The notes below the pieces were generated by a model. The model was not told where the DNA came from. It saw only the letters and a program-made list of their open reading frames with translations, and searched no databases. Of a DNA stretch of 64,000 bases, positions 1 to 9,364 are shown piece by piece (the stretch's first letter is position 1; each line of letters starts with the position of its first letter). Location: NCBI GenBank assembly GCA_001783805.1, contig MFNS01000001.1, positions 192,649-256,648 on the forward strand, written 5' to 3'. Source of the stretch: Candidatus Levybacteria bacterium RIFCSPHIGHO2_01_FULL_40_16 (GTDB lineage Bacteria; Patescibacteriota; Microgenomatia; Levybacterales; UBA12049). The position numbers and the translations under genes were made by a program.

Positions 1-2
1 CA

Positions 3-521
3 AATCTCATTTTAGGTGCAATTGTTGTTTTAATTGCAGGAATTTTATTTATTTCTTTTGCAAGAGTAAATAGAAATACGCAAACAAGTTCGACAAAAGA
101 TGTATCAAAAGCAGAACAAAATTCAAATACTTCGTCAACGTACACTGTAAATGCTGGCGATGACCTCTGGAGCATTTCAGAAAATGTTTATAAAGATGGT
201 TACAAATGGGTTGATATTGCCAAGGCAAATAAATTGGAAAATCCCGGATTAATTTATTCGGGAGATAAATTGATAATTCCCTCTCTTGACCGAAAGGAAA
301 TTACGCAAAAGCAAGACTCAAATCTGCAAGCACAAAATTCTGTTATTCAAAATGGCTCAATCACCGGAGGTACTTATGCCGTGGTTGCAGGAGATAATTT
401 ATGGGACATTGCAGTCAGAGCCTATGGCGACGGATTCAGATGGCCGGAAATTGCGAAAGCGAATGAACTCGTAAATCCGAATTTAATTCACCCCGGAAAC
501 TTCTTTAAAATTCCGCGGTAA
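3..521 (+). CDS. LysM peptidoglycan-binding protein with N-terminal TM segment and two LysM domains (5'-truncated by window edge)
   Basis: Frame open from base 3; motifs YTVNAGDDLWSISENVY and YAVVAGDNLWDIAVRAYG...NPNLIHPG. Confidence 0.9.
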   Translation, partial: NLILGAIVVLIAGILFISFARVNRNTQTSSTKDVSKAEQNSNTSSTYTVNAGDDLWSISENVYKDGYKWVDIAKANKLENPGLIYSGDKLIIPSLDRKEITQKQDSNLQAQNSVIQNGSITGGTYAVVAGDNLWDIAVRAYGDGFRWPEIAKANELVNPNLIHPGNFFKIPR

Positions 522-563
522 AAAAAATTACTAAATCTTTGTGATAAAATAAAGTTAATTATC

Positions 564-638
564 GCGGTGGTAATTCAGCGGTAGAATGTCTCCTTCCCAA
601 GGAGAATGTCGGGGGTTCGATTCCCCTCCACCGCTCCA
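564..638 (+). tRNA. tRNA-Gly(CCC)
   Basis: Cloverleaf GCGGTGG/CCACCGC, anticodon arm TCTCC-TTCCCAA-GGAGA, GGTTCGATT T-loop, encoded CCA. Confidence 0.95.
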
Positions 639-682
639 AAAATCCCCATTGACGAGAACCAAACCTTCTGATAAAATAAATC

Positions 683-2350
683 GTGCACCCTACGAAAAGG
701 ACTAAATACATTTTTGTATCCGGTGGTGTAATTTCAGGCATTGGCAAAGGTACAACCGCAGCCTCTATAGCGCTTCTTCTCAAATCAACAGGATATAAAG
801 TCGCCCCAATGAAATTCGAAAATTATCTGAATATTGACGCGGGAACAATTAACCCTATTGAACATGGCGATACCTTCCTGTGTGAAGATGGGACCGAAAC
901 AGACATGGATATTGGCACTTATGAAAAATTTCTCAATGAAGATATGGGAAAAGATAATTTCATAACGATGGGTCAAATTTATAAAACAGTTATTGATCGG
1001 GAAAGACGATTTGAATATCATGGTGAAGATGTGGAAGCAATACCGCATATCACGGATGAAATCATCAGGCGAATTAAGCATTTGGCCCAAAAAACAAAAA
1101 CAGATGTGGTAATCATAGAATTAGGAGGTACAGCAGGAGAATATCAAAATGTTTTTTACTACGAAGCTTCAAGAATAATGACCTTAAAAAATCCGGGCGA
1201 CGTTATTCATATTCATGTAACCTATGTACCAACCCCAATTCATTTGGGGGAACCGAAAACCAAGCCGGCTCAACTTTCGGTTAGAACTCTTAACTCAATG
1301 GGAATTCAACCCGATTTTATAATTGCCAGATCGGAAAAATATTTAGATCAAAGAAGACGAGATAGATTTGCACTCTTTTGCAATATGCGTCCTGAAGATA
1401 TTATTTCTAACCCTGATATGAAATCCGCATATGAAATTCCGTTGATGCTGCATGATCAGGAATTGGATAAAAAAATCTTGGAGAAATTAAAAATGTCTAC
1501 GAAAAGTACAAAACTAATAGAATGGAAAGAATTCTTAAAGAAAGTAAATTCCAAAAAGACTAAGGATATAGAAATTGCGATTGTCGGAAAATATTTTGGA
1601 ACAGGGGATTATCAGCTGAAAGATTCTTACGCGGCATTATTTGACGCCATTGACCATGCGGCATATTACCTAGGTGTAAAAGCAAAAACTCGCTGGGTTA
1701 ACGCCGAAAAAGTGGAACAGGAAGGGGCGGAAAAATTAATCGGAAGCCCAGTCGGAATAATCGTGCCGATTGGCTGGGGAGAAAGAGGGTCGGAAGGAAT
1801 GATTGCAGCTGCTTCTTATGCCCGAAAAAACAAAATTCCCTATCTTGGCCTTTGTTATGGAATGCAATTGGCAGCTATTGCTTATGCTCGGGATGTTTTG
1901 GGATTTAAGGATGCAAATACTACAGAAAATGATCCAAAAACAAAACATCCGGTTATCCATTTAATCCCAAGCCAAAAAGAGCTGATGAAAAGACGGGCTT
2001 ATGGAGGAACAATGAGGCTTGGTGGTTGGGATGCGAAAGTCAAAGAAGGAACCCGCGCTTACGAGCTATATGCTAAATATAATGATTTTATTAACAAAGC
2101 AAAAAACTTAACTTCGGAAAGACACCGGCACAGGTATGAATTTAACGATAAATATACTAAAGATTTTGAAAAATCAGGACTGGTTATCTCGGCCAGGTCA
2201 GTTGTGGAAAATTTGGTGGAAATAATCGAACTTCCGAAAAATAAACACCCGTTTTATTTCGGAACCCAAGGGCATCCTGAATACAAAAGCCGTCCCTTAA
2301 GACCTCATCCAATTTTCCTCGGCTTCATCGAAGCCTGCGCTGAAATGTAG
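683..2350 (+). CDS. pyrG: CTP synthase
   Basis: TKYIFVSGGVISGIGKG, GLCYGMQ, ERHRHRYE and GHPEYKS motifs. Confidence 0.97.
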   Translation: MHPTKRTKYIFVSGGVISGIGKGTTAASIALLLKSTGYKVAPMKFENYLNIDAGTINPIEHGDTFLCEDGTETDMDIGTYEKFLNEDMGKDNFITMGQIYKTVIDRERRFEYHGEDVEAIPHITDEIIRRIKHLAQKTKTDVVIIELGGTAGEYQNVFYYEASRIMTLKNPGDVIHIHVTYVPTPIHLGEPKTKPAQLSVRTLNSMGIQPDFIIARSEKYLDQRRRDRFALFCNMRPEDIISNPDMKSAYEIPLMLHDQELDKKILEKLKMSTKSTKLIEWKEFLKKVNSKKTKDIEIAIVGKYFGTGDYQLKDSYAALFDAIDHAAYYLGVKAKTRWVNAEKVEQEGAEKLIGSPVGIIVPIGWGERGSEGMIAAASYARKNKIPYLGLCYGMQLAAIAYARDVLGFKDANTTENDPKTKHPVIHLIPSQKELMKRRAYGGTMRLGGWDAKVKEGTRAYELYAKYNDFINKAKNLTSERHRHRYEFNDKYTKDFEKSGLVISARSVVENLVEIIELPKNKHPFYFGTQGHPEYKSRPLRPHPIFLGFIEACAEM

Positions 2351-2379
2351 TAATGACACCGATATAAATATTTGGTATA

Positions 2380-2676
2380 ATGTCGTTTATGATTAAAGAT
2401 GTAGATTTTGTTCCGGGAGATATTATCCGCGTTCACGAAAGAATCAAAGAGGGAGACAAATCCAGAATTCAGATTTTTGAAGGCACGGTTTTGGCATTTA
2501 AAGGCAGAGGGGAAAACCAAAGCTTTACGGTAATGAAAATTGTCGGAGGCATAAGTGTTGAGAAAATCTTTCCGGTTAAATCCCCAAACATCGAAAAAGT
2601 TGAAGTTAAAGAGCATTCCAAAAAGAAAATCAGACGCGCCAAACTTTACTACTTAAGATTACCCAAACCGGCTTAA
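2380..2676 (+). CDS. rplS: 50S ribosomal protein L19
   Basis: PGDIIRVHERIKEGDKSRIQIFEG...RRAKLYYLR. Confidence 0.95.
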   Translation: MSFMIKDVDFVPGDIIRVHERIKEGDKSRIQIFEGTVLAFKGRGENQSFTVMKIVGGISVEKIFPVKSPNIEKVEVKEHSKKKIRRAKLYYLRLPKPA

Positions 2677-2677
2677 A

Positions 2678-3052
2678 GTGAGAATAGTAAATCCTACTGC
2701 AATACTCGGAGAAAATATAGCCTGCGATTACATCAAGAAATTAGGCTTCAAAATTATTGAAAGGAATTTCAGAAAAGGATACGGGGAAATCGATATTATA
2801 GCAACTGAAAAAACAAAAGACGGAGACGTTTTGACATTTATTGAGGTCAAAACGCGGACTTCCAGTCTGTTTGGGTCGCCGTTAGAATCAATTACTCCTT
2901 GGAAGTTAAGATTTTTAATTAGAACTGCGCAATACTACAAAATGACTCATCCCAAACTCCCTGAAAGTTTAAGAATAGACGCGGTATCGGTAATTTTAAA
3001 CGGAAATAAAGCTGAAAATATCGAACTCACCCGCAACATCAGCGGATTTTGA
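2678..3052 (+). CDS. yraN: YraN/UPF0102 family nuclease
   Basis: GENIA...ERNFR...GEIDII...FIEVKTR motif; follows rplS. Confidence 0.85.
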   Translation: MRIVNPTAILGENIACDYIKKLGFKIIERNFRKGYGEIDIIATEKTKDGDVLTFIEVKTRTSSLFGSPLESITPWKLRFLIRTAQYYKMTHPKLPESLRIDAVSVILNGNKAENIELTRNISGF

Positions 3053-3099
3053 AATTTTGAATTGCATTTCTGAAGATATAATGTTAGTATTGTATTGAA

Positions 3100-3387
3100 A
3101 TGGGCGAACTTGAAACATTCACTGACGTAAAAACGGTGAGAGCAATAATCGGGGACACCATTGTTGGTGTTTTTCAGCGTCCTGTTGTATTAGCAACGGA
3201 TTGGAAGGTCTATCTTAAGTCTGATGATCCCATTGAAGAAAAACGAAGAGAGGATATTAGGCAAGAATTGTGCAATAAATCGGCGGCAGGCGCAACTGAG
3301 GAAGCAACCTTTTTAGAGTTTCATAATAAGATTGGTAGTAAAATAGACATTACTATCGGCGATGTTGGGCTATTTCCTCACGGGTAA
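3100..3387 (+). CDS. hypothetical protein
   Basis: 95-aa ATG ORF filling an intergenic gap; no motif recognised. Confidence 0.5.
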   Translation: MGELETFTDVKTVRAIIGDTIVGVFQRPVVLATDWKVYLKSDDPIEEKRREDIRQELCNKSAAGATEEATFLEFHNKIGSKIDITIGDVGLFPHG

Positions 3388-3403
3388 GTTGCAAGATTGA
3401 AGT

Positions 3404-5419
3404 TTAAGATAATTTTAAAGATTTGATTTGGTCGCGGAGAAATGCGGCTTTTTCGAAATTCAAAGTCTGGGCGGCAATTTTCATTTCTTTTCGTAACTTT
3501 TTAATCAAATCTTCCCTTTCGTCAGGAAGCAAAACTTCTTTTTTGGCAAGGTCAAGATAAAAATTCAAACTGCCTTTGTAATTTTTACTTTCCGTAATTT
3601 CTTCGTCAATTAATTTTTCTCTAATTTGTTTTTGTATTCCGATTGGTTTTTTGTGATATTTTTTGTTGTATTTCAGCTGGATATTCCTGCGTCTTTCAAC
3701 CTCATTAATTGCATTTTTCATCGAACCTGTGACATTGTCAGCATACATAATTACCTCCGCATCAACATGTCTGGCCGCTCTTCCCATAGTTTGAATAAGC
3801 GATGTTCTACTGCGCAGAAATCCTTCTTTGTCCGCATCCAAAATCGCAACCAAAGAAACTTCGGGTAGATCCAATCCTTCACGCAGCAAATTAATTCCAA
3901 CCAGGACATCGTATTCGCCTTTTCTCAATCTATCCAAAATATCTTGTCTCTCTAGCGTTTGAATGTCGGAGTGCAGATACGCGACTTTAACATTTTGTTC
4001 TTCCAAATAACTGGAAAGCTCTTCCGCCATTCGTTTGGTTAAGGTAGTTACCAAAATTCTTTGTTTTTTGGCAACTCTTTTATTAATTTCATCAATCAGA
4101 TCTATAATTTGTCCTTTGGTTGGTTTGATAATTACTTTCGGATCAACCAAATTGGTTGGGCGAATCAATTGTTCGACAACCGCTCCGTCAGCTGACGGAT
4201 TGTCTTTGGCTAAAGATAACTCGTACTCGTCAGGAGTGGCGCTGACATAAGTAATTTGGTTAACTCTTTGCATAAATTCAGTAAATTTGAGCGGACGGTT
4301 GTCCAATGCGGAGGGAAGACGGAAACCATAATCAATTAAAGTGTTCTTTCTTGATTGATCTCCGTTGTACATTCCTCTTATTTGTGGAATTGTAATATGT
4401 GATTCATCAATAATTGTCAGGAAGTTTTTTGATGCATGCTTAAAATAGTCTAGTAAGGTATAGGGCGGCTGGCCGGGCGCTCTACCGTCAAAATAACGCG
4501 AATAATTTTCAATTCCATTGACGTAGCCTACTTCTTTGATCATTTCCAAATCAAAATTCGTCCGTTGTTCCAGCCTGTGGGCTTCCAAATTTTTACCAAC
4601 GCTTTTTAAAAATTTAACTTGTGTTTCCATGTCTTTTCTGATTATCGGAAACACATTATTGTAAGTATGCGGATCAGTCATATAATGTTTGGCAGGATAA
4701 ATCACCGTACCCTTCAAAATTGCAATTGTGTCGCCGGTTAAAGAATTAAACTCAGAAAGTTTATAGAGCTTATTCTTTTTAAGCTCAATTCTAATTCCTG
4801 TGTCTTTATAAGCCGGAAAAAGATCAATTGATTCGCCTCTAACCCGAAAACCGCCTCTGGCGAAAGCATATTCATTGCGTTCGTATTGCAGGTCGGTCAG
4901 ACGGATCATGATAGATTTTAAATCAGTCTTCATTCCGGGGACTAGCTCCATGACAAATTTTCCGTATTCAACCGGGGAGCCTAAATTGTAAATACAGGAG
5001 ACCGAAGCAACAACAATTACATCTTTTCTAGTTAATAAATTGGTTGTTGCGGAAAGCCGTAATTTATCAATTTCCTCATTAATTTCCGCCTCTTTTTCGA
5101 TGTAGGTGTCGCTTTGCGGGATATAAGCTTCGGGCTGGTAATAATCGTAGTAGGAGACAAAATAGGAAACGGCATTTTGCGGGAAAAAATCCCTGAATTC
5201 CTGATAAAGTTGTGCGGCCAGAGTTTTATTATGCGAAATTACCAGTGTTGGTTTTTGAACTTTTTGAATTACATTAGCCATGGTGAAAGTTTTACCAGAT
5301 CCGGTCACGCCTAGCAGAACCTGATTCCGGACATTGTTTTCAATGTTTTTCACCAGTTTTTCGATTGCCTGCGGCTGATCTCCGGTCGGTTTAAAATCCG
5401 ACTTCAGCTTAAATTTCAT
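3404..5419 (-). CDS. uvrB: excinuclease ABC subunit B
   Basis: PTGDQPQAI, GVTGSGKT, YYDYYQPEAY, DESH and C-terminal UVR domain. Confidence 0.98.
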   Translation of the reverse strand: MKFKLKSDFKPTGDQPQAIEKLVKNIENNVRNQVLLGVTGSGKTFTMANVIQKVQKPTLVISHNKTLAAQLYQEFRDFFPQNAVSYFVSYYDYYQPEAYIPQSDTYIEKEAEINEEIDKLRLSATTNLLTRKDVIVVASVSCIYNLGSPVEYGKFVMELVPGMKTDLKSIMIRLTDLQYERNEYAFARGGFRVRGESIDLFPAYKDTGIRIELKKNKLYKLSEFNSLTGDTIAILKGTVIYPAKHYMTDPHTYNNVFPIIRKDMETQVKFLKSVGKNLEAHRLEQRTNFDLEMIKEVGYVNGIENYSRYFDGRAPGQPPYTLLDYFKHASKNFLTIIDESHITIPQIRGMYNGDQSRKNTLIDYGFRLPSALDNRPLKFTEFMQRVNQITYVSATPDEYELSLAKDNPSADGAVVEQLIRPTNLVDPKVIIKPTKGQIIDLIDEINKRVAKKQRILVTTLTKRMAEELSSYLEEQNVKVAYLHSDIQTLERQDILDRLRKGEYDVLVGINLLREGLDLPEVSLVAILDADKEGFLRSRTSLIQTMGRAARHVDAEVIMYADNVTGSMKNAINEVERRRNIQLKYNKKYHKKPIGIQKQIREKLIDEEITESKNYKGSLNFYLDLAKKEVLLPDEREDLIKKLRKEMKIAAQTLNFEKAAFLRDQIKSLKLS

Positions 5420-5526
5420 AGTGATCTATTTTACCATACGTTTGTATACCTTTGACATCTTGACAAAATACTCGAATATTTCGTATAAAATAGTAGATGC
5501 TGAAATAAATTCAACATGACAATATT

Positions 5527-6156
5527 ATGCCGGGAGTAATTTACAAAAAAGAAAGAGAAGTTTTGGAATACCTTGCCCAATTTCAAAGACAATTTGGCTA
5601 TTCTCCAACGCTTAAGGAGATAGCGGGAGCTACAGGACACAGAAGCAATTCTACGGTTCATTCGTTAATTAAGTCTTTGGTTGATAAGGGCTATATCCAA
5701 AAAGTTGATGGGAATAACAGAGTGCTTAAAATTGTTGATCAGAAAGTTACATTCTCTCTGTTAGGAAGTACCGCTTCAATAGAGCTTCCTCTGATGGGCT
5801 ATATTGCCGCAGGAAAGCCCCTGGAGCCTCACAGCGACCCCAATGCTACATTTCATGTATCGGCATCAATGATATCCGGCAAAAAAACCGCTTATGTTTT
5901 GCAGGTCAAAGGCAATTCCATGATTGAGGATGGGATATTTGACGGAGATTTTGTGGTTATTGAAAAAGCAGAAACGGCGACAAATGGAGATATTGTGGTT
6001 GCTTTAGTTGATAATAATATGGCGACTTTAAAAAGATTTTTTAATGAAAATGGAAAGATTGTTTTGAAACCTGCTAATGCAGAAATGGCACCGATTTACC
6101 CGAATACCCTTTTAATTCAGGGAAAAGCTGTGGGAATTGTCCGCAAATTCTCCTAA
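5527..6156 (+). CDS. lexA: LexA SOS repressor
   Basis: N-terminal wHTH (GYSPTLKEI), IAAG cleavage site, GNSM serine and TLKR lysine. Confidence 0.93.
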   Translation: MPGVIYKKEREVLEYLAQFQRQFGYSPTLKEIAGATGHRSNSTVHSLIKSLVDKGYIQKVDGNNRVLKIVDQKVTFSLLGSTASIELPLMGYIAAGKPLEPHSDPNATFHVSASMISGKKTAYVLQVKGNSMIEDGIFDGDFVVIEKAETATNGDIVVALVDNNMATLKRFFNENGKIVLKPANAEMAPIYPNTLLIQGKAVGIVRKFS

Positions 6157-6158
6157 AA

Positions 6159-6785
6159 TTACTGCTTTTTGAATTTTATTATTTTGAGTTTGTGGTTGAC
6201 GTAAAATAATATAGCGAAGATCAGCAAAATCGCTAAGATTAAGTCGAATCGATGAAAATATACACCAATTGTATTCCATTTATTCCCAAGATAAACTCCG
6301 ATATAAGTTAAAAATGCTGACCAAATTAAAGAGCCAAGAAATGTGTAAATTGAAAATTTCCAAAAATTCATCTCAGCTAACCCGCAAGGCAAGGAGATAA
6401 ATGTCCTGACTGCAGGAAGCATACGGCTGAAAAAAGCAATTTTATCACCATATTTATTAAACCATTTCAGAGAGCGTTCGTATTCGTGGATAGTGATTAA
6501 AATAAATTTGCCATATTTTTTAATTAAGCTGACGATTATTGTCTCCTCCAAAAAATATCCAACTGCATAGGCAAGCCAAGATCCTACTAAATTCGCTAAG
6601 GCTCCGACGACGATAACAGCTATAAAAGAAAATTGACCTGTAGTTACCAAATATCCCGCAAAAGGCATTGTTACCTCGGATGGGATAGGTATTAAAGCCG
6701 ATTCTAAAGCCATGAGTAGGAATACGCCAAGATAGCCTGAGGATTGGATAAGTTGTATAATAAAGCCTGACAACAATTCAATCAT
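6159..6785 (-). CDS. DedA family membrane protein
   Basis: ESALIPIPSE and SRMLPAVRTFISLPCG motifs; likely start MIELLS at 6785. Confidence 0.9.
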   Translation of the reverse strand: MIELLSGFIIQLIQSSGYLGVFLLMALESALIPIPSEVTMPFAGYLVTTGQFSFIAVIVVGALANLVGSWLAYAVGYFLEETIIVSLIKKYGKFILITIHEYERSLKWFNKYGDKIAFFSRMLPAVRTFISLPCGLAEMNFWKFSIYTFLGSLIWSAFLTYIGVYLGNKWNTIGVYFHRFDLILAILLIFAILFYVNHKLKIIKFKKQ

Positions 6786-7491
6786 GGGAATTCTATACAT
6801 TGTAGCAACACCAATCGGCAACATGCAAGACATCACTCTGCGTGCAATTAAAATTTTGCAAAGCGTAGATGCAGTTGTCTGTGAAGATACACGTAAAACC
6901 GGTTTACTTCTGCAAAATCTAGCCTCGAAAGGGGACGCCTTGCAAAAAAAAATACCTAAACCTAGGCTGATTTCTTATTATGAGCAAAATGAATTGCAGA
7001 GAATTCCGGAAGTGATTAACGCCTTAAGAAATGGACTAAGCATTGCTTTGGTATCAGACGCGGGAACTCCGACAATTTCCGATCCGGGATTCAAACTTGT
7101 TCGCGAATGCATTAAGGAGGGGATTAAAGTTGAATCAATTCCCGGGTCTTCCTCGGCAATTGCAGCTCTGACCGTTTCAGGTTTACCAACAGATAAATTT
7201 TTATTTATCGGATATCCCCCGAAAAAACCCGGCCACAGAAAAACATTATTTGAAAATCTCATAAAATTACCAATCAAAACCACCATTATTCTTTTCGAAG
7301 GACCGCATCACTTAATTAGAACTCTTGAAGGAATGACAGAAATCTTCGGCGACATCGATATTGTCATTTGCAGAGAGCTAACTAAAATTTATGAAGAAAT
7401 CCGCCGCGAAAGAATCTCATTCTCGGTTGAACACTTTACCAAAACCATTCCAAGAGGCGAGTTTGTTATTTTATTTAATCTTAATAATTAG
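6784..7491 (+). CDS. rsmI: 16S rRNA (cytidine1402-2'-O)-methyltransferase
   Basis: LYIVATPIGN, CEDTR, VSDAGTPTISDPG and RELTKIYEE motifs. Confidence 0.95.
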   Translation: MGILYIVATPIGNMQDITLRAIKILQSVDAVVCEDTRKTGLLLQNLASKGDALQKKIPKPRLISYYEQNELQRIPEVINALRNGLSIALVSDAGTPTISDPGFKLVRECIKEGIKVESIPGSSSAIAALTVSGLPTDKFLFIGYPPKKPGHRKTLFENLIKLPIKTTIILFEGPHHLIRTLEGMTEIFGDIDIVICRELTKIYEEIRRERISFSVEHFTKTIPRGEFVILFNLNN

Positions 7492-8090
7492 AGGATTTTT
7501 TTGGAGATGACGTTGCCATTATTGTCAATTTCAAATAAATCAACTTCACCGACTTCAATTTCCAATTCTGATACACCTTCATCGTTAATGTTTTCAAGAT
7601 ATTTGATTAGAGCTCTTAGGGAATTTCCGTGGGCAATGATAAGAACATTTTTACCTTTTTTCAATTCTGGCAAAATTTCAGCTTGATAATAGGGGATTGT
7701 CCGATCATATACGTCTTTCAAGCTTTCTCCATTTTCAATTGGTGAATCCCAGCTTCTGCGAATTTTTAAAAATTGTTCGTTTCCGACTTCTTTTTGAATT
7801 TCCCACTTATTTTTTCCCGTATAAATTCCGTAATCGCGTTCGTTTAAAGCTTTGTCTTCGAAAGTAGGAATATCTATTTTTAAAACATTTTTTATCTCAT
7901 CAAGTGTTTGCTTTGCACGTATCAATACGGACGCAAAAGCAAGATCAATAGACATGCCTTTTAACTTTTCTCCGGCAAACCTGGACTGCTGTATTCCTTT
8001 TTCACTTAAACCAATATCGGTTAACCCTGTCCACAGGCCCTTTGCGTTCCATTCCGATTCTCCGTGTCTGACCAAAATTAAATTCGCCAC
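7488..8090 (-). CDS. gpmA: 2,3-bisphosphoglycerate-dependent phosphoglycerate mutase
   Basis: LVRHGESEWN, LNERDYG and AHGNSLRAL motifs. Confidence 0.93.
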   Translation of the reverse strand: MANLILVRHGESEWNAKGLWTGLTDIGLSEKGIQQSRFAGEKLKGMSIDLAFASVLIRAKQTLDEIKNVLKIDIPTFEDKALNERDYGIYTGKNKWEIQKEVGNEQFLKIRRSWDSPIENGESLKDVYDRTIPYYQAEILPELKKGKNVLIIAHGNSLRALIKYLENINDEGVSELEIEVGEVDLFEIDNNGNVISKKIL

Positions 8091-8097
8091 ACTTTCT

Positions 8098-9351
8098 TTA
8101 TAAAATTTTTAACTGATTTTCTATTTGCAAAAGTCTATTGTATTTCGCAATATTCTCACCCCTGGCTAAACTGCCTATTTTAATGTAATCTGCCGAAACC
8201 GAAACTGAAAAATCAGACAAAAAATCATCATTCGTCTCACTCTCTCTATGGGAAACAGTTACTTTTAAGCCTGTTTCTTTAGCTGCTTCCGCGACCGCCA
8301 AAGACTCGATGACCGTACCTATCTGGCTTGGTTTCACCACAATGGCGTTGACGGCTTTTTTGTCAATAGCCATTTGCAGCCTATATGGGTTGGTTGCGAT
8401 AAGGTCGCCCCCGGCAACTATAGTTGTGCCGGACAATTTTTCAAAAAGTGATGTCCATCCCTCCCAATCATCCTGATACAAAGGATCCTCTAAATATAAA
8501 AGATGAATATTCCGATTTAGTTCTTCGTAATAACTTATGAGATCTTTTGAGGATAGAGCCGTAGCACTATCTTTAAGATGATAATTTCCATTCTTGAAAA
8601 AGCTTGAAGCCCGGCTATTTAATCCAAAGAAAACATCAAAGCCAAGCTTGACATAGGTATTTCCGATTGCCTGCTCAATTAAAGAAAATGCTTCTTTATT
8701 TGTTGTCAGATCGGGAGTGAATCCTTCTTCGTATTCATCCAGCATCCTGGCATATTTTGTTTCAATAACCTGTTTGAGCGATTTCCGGACTGCTTCTCCG
8801 ATTTGGATAGATTCCAAATAAGATTTTGACGAGGCAGGAACAATCAGAAATTCATGAAAATCCGCTGAATGGCCTCTTGCTCCATCAATAAGATTAAAAA
8901 TTGGGGTAGGAATCTTAAGCGCTTCGCGATCTTTTTTTATAAATTGCCTAAGATACAGAAAAAGAGGAAGTACGGAGCTTTCTGCACCGGCTTTTGCAAC
9001 CGCCATCGACACTGCCAAAGTAGCATTCGTTCCAAGGCGTGATTTGTTTTGCGTACCGTCAAGATCAATCATAATCTTGTCTATTTCCGGCTGACGTTCC
9101 GCCTCTTTTCCTATTAGGGCAGGGGCAATAACATTTTTAATATTGCTTATTGCTTTGCTTACTCCCTGGCCTTCAAAAGTATTTTGGTCATTATCTTTTA
9201 AGGCAACTGCTTCATAGTTACTTATTTTTTCTCCAGTCGGACATGAAGCTACTCCAATTTTTCCATCATTGAGTATAATTGTTGCCTCAATTGTCGGAAG
9301 TCCTTTGGCATTAAGGATTTCCCGTGCATCAACTGCTTTTATTTTTGTCAT
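8098..9351 (-). CDS. eno: enolase homolog with degenerate Mg-binding residues
   Basis: AREILNAKGLPT, LDGTQNKSRLGTNA, KPSQIG and SHRESET; several catalytic motifs are altered. Confidence 0.85.
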   Translation of the reverse strand: MTKIKAVDAREILNAKGLPTIEATIILNDGKIGVASCPTGEKISNYEAVALKDNDQNTFEGQGVSKAISNIKNVIAPALIGKEAERQPEIDKIMIDLDGTQNKSRLGTNATLAVSMAVAKAGAESSVLPLFLYLRQFIKKDREALKIPTPIFNLIDGARGHSADFHEFLIVPASSKSYLESIQIGEAVRKSLKQVIETKYARMLDEYEEGFTPDLTTNKEAFSLIEQAIGNTYVKLGFDVFFGLNSRASSFFKNGNYHLKDSATALSSKDLISYYEELNRNIHLLYLEDPLYQDDWEGWTSLFEKLSGTTIVAGGDLIATNPYRLQMAIDKKAVNAIVVKPSQIGTVIESLAVAEAAKETGLKVTVSHRESETNDDFLSDFSVSVSADYIKIGSLARGENIAKYNRLLQIENQLKIL

Positions 9352-9364
9352 ACTTCAGCTATTA

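Noticed and set aside
559-783. ORFs overlapping tRNAs (also 45281-45589, 47739-48020, 57032-57214, 59670-59946)
   Set aside because: Spurious translations of tRNA genes.
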